Assembly (NCBI RefSeq): GCF_000020225.1
Contig: NC_010655.1
Span: 600,001-632,000 of the forward strand
DNA: 32,000 bases
Source of the DNA: Akkermansia muciniphila ATCC BAA-835
Lineage (GTDB): Bacteria > Verrucomicrobiota > Verrucomicrobiia > Verrucomicrobiales > Akkermansiaceae
Reading direction: 5' to 3'
The translations under genes and the position numbers were made by a program. This document shows positions 17,112 to 25,015 of the stretch, in pieces; the first letter of the stretch is position 1; each line of letters starts with the position of its first letter. The notes beneath the pieces are model-generated. The model ran no database searches, was not told where the DNA came from, and saw nothing but the letters and a program-made list of their open reading frames with translations.

Positions 17112-18290
17112 ATGTTCAAATCCGTACTTTCACTAACGCTGGCCGCCGCACTGGGCACAGCCTCCTTCGGGCAGACCACCCTGACGGCCATTCCCGGAGA
17201 AGCGGCAGCCGCCAAATACGCCTCCATTAGCCAGGAAATTCTGCGTGCCATTGAAAAAGGGAACGAATACCTGAAAAGCAAACAAAATCCGGAAGGTTAC
17301 TGGGCCCAGCCGTCCTACCCTGCCCTGACAGCCCTGGCGGTCACCGCCTACATGCGGGACCCCGCCAACCAGGGGAAACCCGTCCCGGAATACATCCGGA
17401 AGGGGTATGACTTCATCCTGAAATCCCAGAAGGAAGACGGCTCCATTTTCAACCGCGGCATGTCCTCCTACAATACTGCCGTGTGCATGATGGCCCTGCT
17501 GGCCGCCAACAAGGAGGAATATGCCCCCGCCATTCTCAAGGGCCGCGCCTACCTCATCAAGCAGCAGAACCACTTTGCCCCGGACAACCCTTATAACGGC
17601 GGCATCGGCTATGGAGACAAGCAGGCTCCTCCCATTGCAGACCTCTCCAATACCTCCCTGGCGCTGGAAGCCATTTACTACTCCCAGAAACTCGCCAAAG
17701 ACGGCAAGTACGGTGAACAGCCGGATCTGGACTGGAACGCCGCCACGGAATTCATCAACCGTTGCCAGCAAAACCCTGCCGTAAACAAGGAACCCTGGGT
17801 TTCCAATGACAAATCCCAGCTCGGCGGCTTCGTGTACCGTCCCGGCGTCTCCAGCGCCAGGGACAAAAAAAGCGCCGCCTTTGACAAAGCGGAGCCCCCC
17901 AAAGCTTACGGCAGCATGACGTATGCGGGCATGCAGTCCCTTATTTACGCCAATGTGGATAAAAACGACCCCCGCGTCAAGCTGGCCCTCAAGTGGCTGG
18001 AAAACAGCTACAGCCTGGACGAAAACCCCGGCATGGGCGTCCAGGGGCTTTACTACTACTATCAGGCTATGTCCAAGGCGCTCAGCGCCATGGGAATAGA
18101 TACCCTGACGCTGGAAAACGGCCGCAAGGTGGACTGGCGGGATGAACTGGCCAACAAGCTCATTTCCATCCAGAAGAGCGACGGTTCCTGGGTGAACACC
18201 AACAACCGCTGGTGGGAGGCGGACCCCGTCCTGGTGACCTCCTACTGCGTGCTGGCGCTGGAACAGCTCTACCACTCCATTCCCCGGTAA
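17112..18290 (+). CDS. Secreted prenyltransferase/squalene-oxidase (QW) repeat protein, alpha/alpha-toroid fold
   Basis: Signal peptide MFKSVLSLTLAAALGTASFGQ. QW-type repeats recur: KQNPEGYW, SQKEDGSIF, IQKSDGSWV. Aromatic and Gly-rich inter-helix motifs are typical of the terpenoid cyclase / protein prenyltransferase superfamily. There is no CGEQ thioester motif. Confidence 0.8.
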   Translation: MFKSVLSLTLAAALGTASFGQTTLTAIPGEAAAAKYASISQEILRAIEKGNEYLKSKQNPEGYWAQPSYPALTALAVTAYMRDPANQGKPVPEYIRKGYDFILKSQKEDGSIFNRGMSSYNTAVCMMALLAANKEEYAPAILKGRAYLIKQQNHFAPDNPYNGGIGYGDKQAPPIADLSNTSLALEAIYYSQKLAKDGKYGEQPDLDWNAATEFINRCQQNPAVNKEPWVSNDKSQLGGFVYRPGVSSARDKKSAAFDKAEPPKAYGSMTYAGMQSLIYANVDKNDPRVKLALKWLENSYSLDENPGMGVQGLYYYYQAMSKALSAMGIDTLTLENGRKVDWRDELANKLISIQKSDGSWVNTNNRWWEADPVLVTSYCVLALEQLYHSIPR

Positions 18291-18313
18291 CGGACTGCCA
18301 TGCTGATTTCCCG

Positions 18314-18353
18314 GGCCGGAAGGGGAGGCAATGACCTCCTTTTCCGGCCTTTT
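18314..18353 (+). terminator. Rho-independent terminator after the two-gene secreted operon
   Basis: A 15-bp stem, ggccggaaggggagg (18314-18328) / cctccttttccggcc (18335-18349), including two G-U pairs, with a 6-nt loop, followed by TTTT (18350-18353). Confidence 0.7.
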
Positions 18354-18415
18354 CCGTACCCGGAAATGAACGCCCCATGAAATAGAAGGGTCTTTTCTTC
18401 AATCACTTCAAATTC

Positions 18416-18880
18416 ATGGACACCATTGATTCCATTACCATTATTGCAGCGGCATGGGGCCTGCTGGTTCTCCGGCTGACGCTGGCTTTTATCCTGTGGC
18501 CACACGGGACCCAGAAAGTGCTGGGCTGGTTCGGGGGCGCGGGCTGGGAGGGCACCTACCGGGCCTTCACGGAAAAAATGGGCATTCCCCCCTTTCTGGC
18601 CAAGGTGGCCATGCTGACGGAATTTTTCGCCCCTATCTGCCTGATACTGGGCGTATTCACCAGAATAGCGGCTCTCAGCGTTATCATCCTCATGGCCGTA
18701 GCCATAACCAAACACGTCAAAAACGGCTACTTTTCCAACTGGTCCGGCAAAAAAGCCGGGGAAGGCGTAGAATTCCACCTGCTTTATGCGGGCTCCGCTT
18801 TCGCCCTGTTCCTGACAGGCCCCGGCCCTTGGTCCGTGGACGCCTGGTGCATGAACATCGTGCATGTCATCTTCGGTTGA
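18416..18880 (+). CDS. DoxX-family membrane protein
   Basis: 154 aa with 4 TM segments. It shows the DoxX-like pattern LLVLRLTLAFILWPHGTQKVLGWFGG...FLAKVAMLTEFFAPICLILGVFTRIAAL. Confidence 0.8.
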   Translation: MDTIDSITIIAAAWGLLVLRLTLAFILWPHGTQKVLGWFGGAGWEGTYRAFTEKMGIPPFLAKVAMLTEFFAPICLILGVFTRIAALSVIILMAVAITKHVKNGYFSNWSGKKAGEGVEFHLLYAGSAFALFLTGPGPWSVDAWCMNIVHVIFG

Positions 18881-18952
18881 CGGCGGCAGACAGCACACGG
18901 AAGGGCATAGAACATACTTTCCGATTCTCAAACCCGCCGTATTCTGGTATTT

Positions 18953-19819
18953 ATGGAAAGGCTTTCTTTTGCCTCGTTAACCCTTTCCGCCATGACCAGC
19001 CATAAACGCTTAAAACTCCGGCAGTGCACCAACTGCGAATGCGTCATTAACGGAGTATGGGAATGGGTGGAGGAATGCGCCCGCAGCGCAGCGGCGGAAG
19101 AACCCGCCATGCGCGGTATTCTGGATGACGTCTGCCTGTCCCGCAATTCCCTGGCCACTTCCATCTCGGCGCGGCTGGCCCGCAAGCTCTCCCGCCGTGA
19201 CATGCCGCGGGAGCTGATTGAGCCCCTTATCCGGGAAGCATTGACGGAAGACCAGAACATCCTCAGCCAAATCGCCCAGGACCTGATTGCCATCGTGGAC
19301 CGGGATCCCGCCTGCCGTACGCCGCTGGAACCCCTGCTTTTTTACAAGGGATTCCACGCCATCACCACGTACCGCATCTCCCACTGGCTGTGGCAGCATG
19401 ACCGGACAATCATGGCCCTTCAGTTCCAGAGCTTGGCCAGTGAAGTATTTGCGGTGGACATCCATCCGGCGGCCACCATCGGCTGCGGCATCCTGCTGGA
19501 CCACGCCACCAGTTTCGTGGTAGGGGAAACCGCCATCATCCGGGACAACGTCTCCATCCTGCATGAAGTCACGCTGGGCGGCACGGGCAAGGAAGAAGGG
19601 GACCGCCATCCCATCGTGGAATCCGGAGTTCTTATCGGCGCGGGGGCTAAAATACTGGGGCGCGTCACCATTGGCGCCTGCGCCAAAATCGCAGCCAGCT
19701 CCGTCGTTCTGGAAAATGTCCCCCCCCATACCACGGTAGCGGGCGTACCCGCCGTTATCGTCAACGATTCCATTCCGGACAATCCCGCGCTGGACATGAA
19801 CCAGTGCCTTTGCGACTGA
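18953..19819 (+). CDS. cysE: Serine O-acetyltransferase
   Basis: SATase N-terminal helix region (VWEWVEECARSAAAEEPAMRGILDD). The core is DRDPACRTPLEPLLFYKGFHAITTYRISHWLW...DIHPAATIGCGILLDHATSFVVGETA..., plus left-handed beta-helix hexapeptide repeats and GDRHPIVE. The start is uncertain: ATG at 18953 or at 18992 (MTSHK). Confidence 0.9.
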   Translation: MERLSFASLTLSAMTSHKRLKLRQCTNCECVINGVWEWVEECARSAAAEEPAMRGILDDVCLSRNSLATSISARLARKLSRRDMPRELIEPLIREALTEDQNILSQIAQDLIAIVDRDPACRTPLEPLLFYKGFHAITTYRISHWLWQHDRTIMALQFQSLASEVFAVDIHPAATIGCGILLDHATSFVVGETAIIRDNVSILHEVTLGGTGKEEGDRHPIVESGVLIGAGAKILGRVTIGACAKIAASSVVLENVPPHTTVAGVPAVIVNDSIPDNPALDMNQCLCD

Positions 19820-20028
19820 ACCGGCAACAGATTGGGAAGCCATCACTTACGGCAGAAAACAGGTTGAATCCGCAGCTCCGCCAAAATCAGCGGAAAAGGC
19901 AAGCCTTAAAAAGACCGGACTTGATACAATAGTTTCAACCCCAACTCGCCTGTATTTATAAAATGCTGATTTTCAATACTTGAAGCAAACCCGAATCCTG
20001 ATTGGCCAATCTGACGGGCCGCGCCTGT

Positions 20029-21318
20029 TCAGGCACGGCTTTCCCCCGGAATCCGGGACGGCTCCTTCAGCTGCCCGTTTCCTTCAATAACATACTTGTA
20101 GGAAGTCAGTTCGCGCAGAGCCATGGGACCCCGGGCATGAAACTTGTCCGTGCCGATGCCTATCTCCGCCCCAAAGCCGAATTCCTCCCCGTCGCTGAAC
20201 CGCGTGGAGCAATTATGGTAAACGCAGGCGCTGTCCACCCGGTTCATAAAATAATCGCGTGCCCGTTTATCCTCCGTAATGATGGAATCACTGTGGTGGG
20301 ACCCGTAGCGGTTAATGTGTTCCACTGCATCCCGGACGCCGTCCACCACCTTGACGGACAAAATGAGGTCTTCATATTCCGTGGACCAATCCCTTTCTTC
20401 CGCCGGAACGGCCTCCTGACCAAAAAACGGGCGGCTCCGTTCACACACGCGGCATTCCACGCCACGCATGCGCATGCGTTCCGCCGCCATAGGCAAAAAC
20501 CGCTCTGCCGCGGCAGCATCCACCAGCAGGGTTTCCGCCGCGTTGCAAACGCCGGGCCTCTGCGTTTTGGCATCGTCCAGCACGTTCACGGCCATCTCTA
20601 AATCCGCCGCCGCATCCACATACACATGGCAAATGCCGTCCAGATGTTTCAACACGGGAACTTTGGAGAACTCCGTCACGGCGCGGATCAACCCTTTCCC
20701 TCCCCTGGGAATAATTACATTCAAGCAGGAATCCAGCTCGCACAACTGCCGCACCTCATCCCGGCTGCCGGAATCCAGAAGCCGCACGGCATCCGCGGGA
20801 ACAGCGGATTTCTCCAGCGCGCTGCGAAGAGTCTCCGCCAACACCCGGTTGGTCCGCAGGGACTCGCTCCCGCCGCGCAGAATGACGGCATTCCCGGACT
20901 TCAGGCACAAGGCGGCGGCATCGCAGGTGACGGTCCCTCGGCTCTCATAAATAAAGCCAATGACCCCCAGGGGAACGCGCACCTGGCGGATACGCAGGCC
21001 GTTGGGGCGTGTCCATTCCCGGATGCACTCTCCCACGGGGTCGGGAAGGGCTGCTACCTGCTCTATGCCGCAGGCCATGTGTTCTACCCGGTCCGGCGTC
21101 AGCAGAAGCCTGTCCAGAAACGCGGAATTCCGGCCACTCTTCCGGGCCTCTTCCATATCAAGGACATTCTCCCGGATAATTTTCTCTGCGGCGTTCCGCA
21201 CTCCTGCGGCCATCAGCCGCAGGGCCTGAGCCTTCTCTTCCGGCTCCAGGGCAAGCATCTCCCGTGAAGCCGCCAGAGCGGCCCGCCCCGCCGGTTCAAG
21301 AGGATTTTCCATCTTCAT
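20029..21318 (-). CDS. proA: Gamma-glutamyl phosphate reductase
   Basis: Aldehyde-dehydrogenase-type ProA blocks are present: DRLLLTPDRVEHMACGIEQVAALPDPVGE, VIGFIYESRGTVTCDAAALCLKSGNAVILRGGSE, CNAAETLLVD, GSHHSDSIIT, VYHNCSTRFSDGEEFGFGAEIGI. The start is at MKMENPLE (21318, or 21312), which overlaps the proB stop by 17-23 nt. Confidence 0.9.
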   Translation of the reverse strand: MKMENPLEPAGRAALAASREMLALEPEEKAQALRLMAAGVRNAAEKIIRENVLDMEEARKSGRNSAFLDRLLLTPDRVEHMACGIEQVAALPDPVGECIREWTRPNGLRIRQVRVPLGVIGFIYESRGTVTCDAAALCLKSGNAVILRGGSESLRTNRVLAETLRSALEKSAVPADAVRLLDSGSRDEVRQLCELDSCLNVIIPRGGKGLIRAVTEFSKVPVLKHLDGICHVYVDAAADLEMAVNVLDDAKTQRPGVCNAAETLLVDAAAAERFLPMAAERMRMRGVECRVCERSRPFFGQEAVPAEERDWSTEYEDLILSVKVVDGVRDAVEHINRYGSHHSDSIITEDKRARDYFMNRVDSACVYHNCSTRFSDGEEFGFGAEIGIGTDKFHARGPMALRELTSYKYVIEGNGQLKEPSRIPGESRA

Positions 21319-22081
21319 GACTTCCTCCTTTCGGCACAAAATACGTTCCGGCTCCTTCCTCCCTTCCCTCCAGCAGCAGCGCAATGCGTTCCGGATGGCG
21401 GCCATGCAGCATGTAAACGCCCGTTCCCGCATTCACGGCTTCCCGTATGGCCTGCAATTTGGCGCCCATGCCTCCCATGGAAAAGCGGCCCCGGTCCTCC
21501 TCAGCGAATGCCAGTACGGCATCCACATCCTCCACCCGGGAAATGATGGCCTCCCGCCTTCCTCCGGGGGGATACAGGCCGTCCACGCTCGTCAGGATAA
21601 ACAGAGCGTCGGCCTCCACCAGGCGGGCCATATGCACGGACAGGATATCGTTGTCCCCAAACTTCAGCTCCTCCACGGATACGGTATCATTCTCATTGAT
21701 AATCGGGATAATGCCTCCGTGCTCAAATAGGCGCAACACCGTGGCCTGCACGTTGCGGCGGCGGAGTTTCAAATCCTCCGCCGTCAGCAGGAGCTGGGCC
21801 ACATCCACGTTAAAGTGGTTGAAAAGATTTTCATATGCCTGCATCAGCCGCGTCTGCCCCACGGCCGCGCACGCCTGTTTCAAGGACAGTTCCTGAGGAT
21901 AGGACGGAAGCCCCAGGACGGACACGCCGGCCCCTACAGCGCCGGAGCTGACCAGAACCACCTGGTGGCCCTGCTGCATGAGTCCCGCCAGGACGCTCAC
22001 CAAATGCACAATGGAAGAACCGTCCAATGTCCCATTCTCACGGGTTAACACGCCCGTACCTACTTTAATTACGATTTTCAT
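21296..22081 (-). CDS. proB: Glutamate 5-kinase, short form without a PUA domain (261 aa)
   Basis: Start at MKIVIKVGTGVLT (cat at 22079-22081). Amino-acid-kinase blocks are present: VVLVSSGAVGAG, IIPIINENDTVS, FGDNDILSVHMA. It ends shortly after the kinase domain and lies immediately upstream of, and overlapping, proA. Confidence 0.9.
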   Translation of the reverse strand: MKIVIKVGTGVLTRENGTLDGSSIVHLVSVLAGLMQQGHQVVLVSSGAVGAGVSVLGLPSYPQELSLKQACAAVGQTRLMQAYENLFNHFNVDVAQLLLTAEDLKLRRRNVQATVLRLFEHGGIIPIINENDTVSVEELKFGDNDILSVHMARLVEADALFILTSVDGLYPPGGRREAIISRVEDVDAVLAFAEEDRGRFSMGGMGAKLQAIREAVNAGTGVYMLHGRHPERIALLLEGREEGAGTYFVPKGGSHEDGKSS

Positions 22082-22520
22082 GTATCTCCGCCGTTCATGA
22101 TACAACAATCCCTTTTTCCACAGAAAGCAGAAAACGCGTCCTTTCCGCGCTACCCCGTGAAAGCGCCGGCCGTAAAAAATGGAAGGAATTCCCCCTTCTT
22201 ACTCCATAAGGATAAAAAAGATAATTCCCTCCGCCCGACCGGCTCCGGCGCGGATAAAATCCGCCATCCCGGCCAATATCTGGACAGCCATGAAAACCAG
22301 GGGAGGACAACACCGGGGAAAAGGACTGGAGCAGGCCGTGCGACATGTTTCCCCCCGGCTTTATTCCCTAAAGCTCCATGCATGCCGGTGAGCGTGCCGC
22401 AAAACCGGGAACGGCATGCGCGGCGCTTCCATCTTCAATGCTTTTCCCCGGTCCGGAACTGGTGCCGGAGACGCATTTTAGGCTTCCAATATGAAGCTGA
22501 TCCGCTCATATTGCCCGGGC

Positions 22521-24524
22521 ATGAATCTTGACCTTCTCCAAAAAGCCGCCAACCAGGCGCGGGGACTCGCCATGGATGCCGTTCACGACTGCGCATCCGG
22601 CCACCTGGGCCTGCCGCTGGGGTGCGCCGAAATCGGGGCCGTCCTGTTCGGCGATTTGCTCAACATCTGCCCTTCGCAGCCCCGCTGGCTCAACCGTGAC
22701 CGCTTCATTCTTTCCGCCGGACACGGCTCCATGTTTCTTTACGGCTGGCTCCACCTGTCAGGATTCAACATCGGCATTGAAGATATCAAGAATTTCCGCC
22801 GCAAAGGTTCCATCACGCCCGGCCACCCGGAATTCCGGGATACGGAGGGTGTAGAATGCACCACGGGACCGTTGGGCCAGGGCATTGCGAACGCCGTAGG
22901 CTTCGCCCTCTCCGCCAGGCGCGCGGCTGCCCGGTTCAACAGGCCCGGCATGGATATCTTCACCCAGCACGTCTTCTGCCTCACGGGAGACGGCTGCCTG
23001 CAGGAAGGCGTCGCCCGGGAATCCCTCGCCCTGGCCGCCGTGCTCAAGCTGGATAACCTTATTCTCATTTACGATTCCAACGACATCACGCTGGACGCTC
23101 CCGCGGAACGCACCCAGCTCACAGATCCGCGCGCCGTATACGAAGCCCTGGGCTGGGATGTGCGCCAGATTGACGGGCACGATATCAGGGCCATTGAGTC
23201 AGCGGTTGAAGCCGCCAAAAACGCCAAAAACGGGAAACCCCAGCTCATCATTGCCAAAACGGTCATCGGCAAGGGCATTCCCGGCATTGAAGGCACCACA
23301 AAAGGCCATGGGGAAGGCGGAGCCAAGCTTCAGGAAGAAGCGCACGCCAACTGGGGAATTCCCGCCGGAGAACGCTATTACGTCTCCGAAGACGTCCGTA
23401 CCGCTTTCGCAAACCTGAAAGCCCAACGGGAAAAAGATTTCAATGCCTGGAACGCCATGTATGAACAATGGCGCCGGGCTTATCCGGAACTGGCAGAGGA
23501 ACTGGACGCAGGCATCAACGCCTGCTCCTGCGGCGTCAATCCGGCAGACTCGGACAAGGCAATACCGCCCTTCCCGCAGGACTATGGCGATGCTACCCGT
23601 TCGGCCGGAGCCGTTGCCATCAACGCCATCGCTAAAGCGAATCCCTGCTTCCTGACCACCAGCGCAGACCTTTACAGCTCCAATAAAAACTACCTTTCCG
23701 GCGCAGGAGACTTCTCTGCGGAAACCCCGGAAGGGCGCAACTTCTGGTTCGGCATCCGCGAACACGCCATGGCCGCCATCTGCAACGGCATTGCCTACGA
23801 CGGCCTGTTCCGCGTAAGCGCCGCCACTTTCTGCGTCTTCGTAGACTACATGCGCGCCTCCATCCGTGTAGCCGCCCTCAGCGGACTCCCCGTCACCTAT
23901 ATTCTGACGCATGACTCCGTAGCCGTGGGAGAAGACGGCCCCACCCACCAGCCGGTGGAAACAATTTCCGGCCTCCGTGTCATTCCGAACCTGGATGTCA
24001 TCCGCCCGGCGGACCCGGAAGAAACCGCAGGAGCCTGGATGGCCGCCATGCAGCGTGCCGACGGCCCTACCGCCCTCATCCTGACCCGTCAGAAAGTGGC
24101 TACGCTGAACGGAATCCCCGTTGAAACGCGCCGGGAAGGCGTGCTGAAAGGCGCCTACATCGCCCGGAAAGAACAGGGAGCCTTGAAAGCCATTATTCTT
24201 GCCAGCGGTTCCGAACTGGAACTGGCTCTGAAAGCGGCGGAAAAAACAGGGGAAGGAATCCGGGTCGTCTCCATGCCAAGCTTCTGCCGCTTTGACGCGC
24301 AGCCTGCCGAATACCGGGAAAGCGTGCTTCCCTCCTCCTGCATGAGGAGAGTTTCCGTAGAAGCCGGAGTCACGGACCTCTGGTGGAAATATCTGGGCTG
24401 CCAGGGGGAAGCCGTGGGCATCAACCGTTTCGGCTTCTCCGCTCCCGGAACACAGGTGCTGGAAGAACTCGGCATGAATGTGGACAACGTCGTTGCCGCC
24501 GTCCACAAGGTTCTGGCCAAATAA
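22521..24524 (+). CDS. tkt: Transketolase
   Basis: Start at [21 protein letters not shown] (atg at 22521; an in-frame ATG at 22491 is also possible). Blocks present: [29 protein letters not shown], the TPP motif [12 protein letters not shown], and [18 protein letters not shown]. Confidence 0.95.
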   Translation: MNLDLLQKAANQARGLAMDAVHDCASGHLGLPLGCAEIGAVLFGDLLNICPSQPRWLNRDRFILSAGHGSMFLYGWLHLSGFNIGIEDIKNFRRKGSITPGHPEFRDTEGVECTTGPLGQGIANAVGFALSARRAAARFNRPGMDIFTQHVFCLTGDGCLQEGVARESLALAAVLKLDNLILIYDSNDITLDAPAERTQLTDPRAVYEALGWDVRQIDGHDIRAIESAVEAAKNAKNGKPQLIIAKTVIGKGIPGIEGTTKGHGEGGAKLQEEAHANWGIPAGERYYVSEDVRTAFANLKAQREKDFNAWNAMYEQWRRAYPELAEELDAGINACSCGVNPADSDKAIPPFPQDYGDATRSAGAVAINAIAKANPCFLTTSADLYSSNKNYLSGAGDFSAETPEGRNFWFGIREHAMAAICNGIAYDGLFRVSAATFCVFVDYMRASIRVAALSGLPVTYILTHDSVAVGEDGPTHQPVETISGLRVIPNLDVIRPADPEETAGAWMAAMQRADGPTALILTRQKVATLNGIPVETRREGVLKGAYIARKEQGALKAIILASGSELELALKAAEKTGEGIRVVSMPSFCRFDAQPAEYRESVLPSSCMRRVSVEAGVTDLWWKYLGCQGEAVGINRFGFSAPGTQVLEELGMNVDNVVAAVHKVLAK

Positions 24525-24554
24525 ACAGGGAATATTTCCCCTCATCTCCTTTCA

Positions 24555-24590
24555 GGGGCTGTTCCGCATCCGCCGGGACAGCCCCTTTTT
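24555..24590 (+). terminator. Rho-independent terminator after tkt
   Basis: A 12-bp stem, ggggctgttccg (24555-24566) / cgggacagcccc (24574-24585), with one G-U pair and a 7-nt loop, followed by TTTTT (24586-24590). It starts 30 nt after the tkt stop. Confidence 0.8.
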
Positions 24591-24950
24591 CATGCCTCCC
24601 CGGTTGCCAGGAAAAAGGCAAGGCCGTTTTCACGAAACACCAGTATCCGTAACGCAGGAACTATATCCTTTCCTGTGAAAATTCCGTTCGTTTCCCGTCC
24701 GGATTTCTCTAAATACAAGACCTCCGCACATCAGCTCCATTGTCCGAACCGGACCCGGATGGGACTCAGGCCGCAAAAGCCCCGGTTGCAAGCAGCCCGT
24801 TTTCATCTCAGCTGCCGGAACGGATAATTTCAGGTTTCCTTCATGGCGCCGATAAATATGCGGGGCGGCCATGATCAAGCGCCGCCTCTATCGACGATGC
24901 GATGCACCCTAAACCCGCAAAATAACGAGGGTCCGGCCCATCAACAATGA

Positions 24951-24984
24951 AAAACCGCCCCTTTCCGAAAAAAGGGGCGGTTTT
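24951..24984. terminator. Bidirectional Rho-independent terminator; serves the greA-family gene on the minus strand
   Basis: A 13-bp perfect stem, aaaaccgcccctt (24951-24963) / aaggggcggtttt (24972-24984), with an 8-nt loop. The GC core is flanked by an A-tract on one side and a T-tract on the other, so it reads as hairpin plus U-run on both strands. It lies 31 nt past the stop of the minus-strand gene ending at 25016. Confidence 0.8.
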
Positions 24985-25015
24985 AAAGACCTTGGCGACA
25001 AGGGAAGCGGCTCCT

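Noticed and set aside
19730-19737. C8 homopolymer tracts inside cysE (19730-19737) and the secreted protein gene (13695-13702), and C7 runs in mrdA (4736-4742, 6595-6601), considered as possible phase-variation switches.
   Set aside because: They encode Pro-Pro or Gly-Gly dipeptides in housekeeping genes. They are at the short end for slipped-strand switching, and tracts like these are expected by chance at this GC content with CCC/GGG codon use.
22097-22531. A 144-aa ORF, plus 70-83-aa ORFs on both strands, in the proB-tkt spacer.
   Set aside because: They are highly basic, Pro/Arg/Gly-rich and mutually overlapping, with no motif or sensible start context. I treated the region as non-coding.
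24555-24585. The GGGGCTG... start resembles the 5' end of tmRNA. The 'aagcagcc' string near 24800 resembles the SRP RNA domain IV motif.
   Set aside because: The GGGGCTG is simply the 5' arm of the tkt terminator hairpin, and there is no tRNA-like 3' end (TCCACCA) or tag ORF. The SRP-like string lacks the partner GGUCC/GNRA tetraloop context on the same strand.
24630-24878. An 82-aa minus-strand ORF, and the 79-aa ORF at 24841..25080, in the tkt/greA spacer.
   Set aside because: The composition is not protein-like. The second ORF overlaps the terminator and the 3' end of the greA-family gene, and neither has support beyond being open. The region is reported as a candidate ncRNA locus instead.
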